Source: an uncultured Nitrospiraceae bacterium (lineage in GTDB: Bacteria; Nitrospirota; Thermodesulfovibrionia; Thermodesulfovibrionales; UBA6898). Taken from it: 64,000 nucleotides of DNA. Numbering within the stretch: the stretch's first letter is position 1; each line of letters starts with the position of its first letter. Shown here piece by piece: positions 63,659 through 64,000 of this stretch. Both the position numbers and the translations under genes were made by a program. Location of the stretch: contig CAWEQH010000010.1 in assembly GCA_963811165.1 (NCBI GenBank), forward strand, positions 896,001 to 960,000, written 5' to 3'. Below the pieces are notes generated by a model that saw only the letters and a list, made by a program, of their open reading frames with translations, did no database searches and had not been told where the DNA came from.

Positions 63659-63788
63659 TGCGTGGGGACTTCATCTGAGCGGATTCAGCGACGCGTATTG
63701 CATCACCATCCTGGTGATGCGCGACGGTGCCCTCGGAGGTCCGGCGTTGCGCCGGATCGAGAATGAGCGAAGATGTTGTCCTCATGCA
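63659..63788 (+). ncRNA. Unassigned structured element, copy B
   Basis: Closing stem TGCGTGGGGAC/GTCCTCATGCA; conserved blocks shared with 29571-29709. Confidence 0.5.
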
Positions 63789-63867
63789 TGCATTTTTGAT
63801 GACAAATTCTGGAATAACCCCCTCATTTGATTTATTGGCGCTGCCCCTTTTATCTTAAATGTGCAGC

Positions 63868-64000
63868 ATGAAAAAGGGAAGAAACCTGCAGCTTGAATTC
63901 GAAGCCGTCCTCACGCACGAGGGTATCTCGCGCCGTTCGATCTCTCTCTTTAGAAAAATGATCTATGACCACTACCAGCGGGAGGAACGCCCATTGCCAT
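63868..64000 (+). CDS. A/G-specific adenine glycosylase (MutY-like), 5' part only
   Basis: FRKMIYDHYQREERPLP(W) N-terminal motif; divergent from the NUDIX gene; runs off the window. Confidence 0.6.
   Translation, partial: MKKGRNLQLEFEAVLTHEGISRRSISLFRKMIYDHYQREERPLP

Overview
Bacterial window, probably from an anaerobic Nitrospirota- or Desulfobacterota-like organism (inferred from gene content and order, not verified). About 1-24 kb is an accessory, sigma54-controlled extracellular redox locus. It holds an OmcE-like tetraheme cytochrome and a ~1695-aa secreted octaheme cytochrome that the ORF track splits at an in-frame UGA followed by a SECIS-like hairpin (candidate selenoprotein). It also holds two SurA/PpiC chaperones, four DUF2378/H-NOX-like paralogs, a heme-c sensor kinase, duplicated sigma54 activators and REC-PilZ regulators in nested inverted duplications, a five-copy enhancer-like motif and a truncated diguanylate cyclase. 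About 29.7-38.8 kb is a candidate RiPP signalling cluster: TonB receptor, an unannotated 33-aa geopeptide-like precursor, radical SAM/SPASM maturase, substrate-binding protein, kinase, sigma54 regulator, LuxR-type HTH and amidohydrolase. Two copies of an unassigned ~130-nt structured element lie at 29.6 and 63.7 kb. The rest is mostly housekeeping: ftsH, ald, atpF'FHAGDC (atpA and atpG carry probable sequencing frameshifts), mutS2, apt, mtnP, hypAB, ribD, glk, purC, gatAB, mutT-like and a partial mutY. All family assignments come from motif recognition by eye; no database searches were run.
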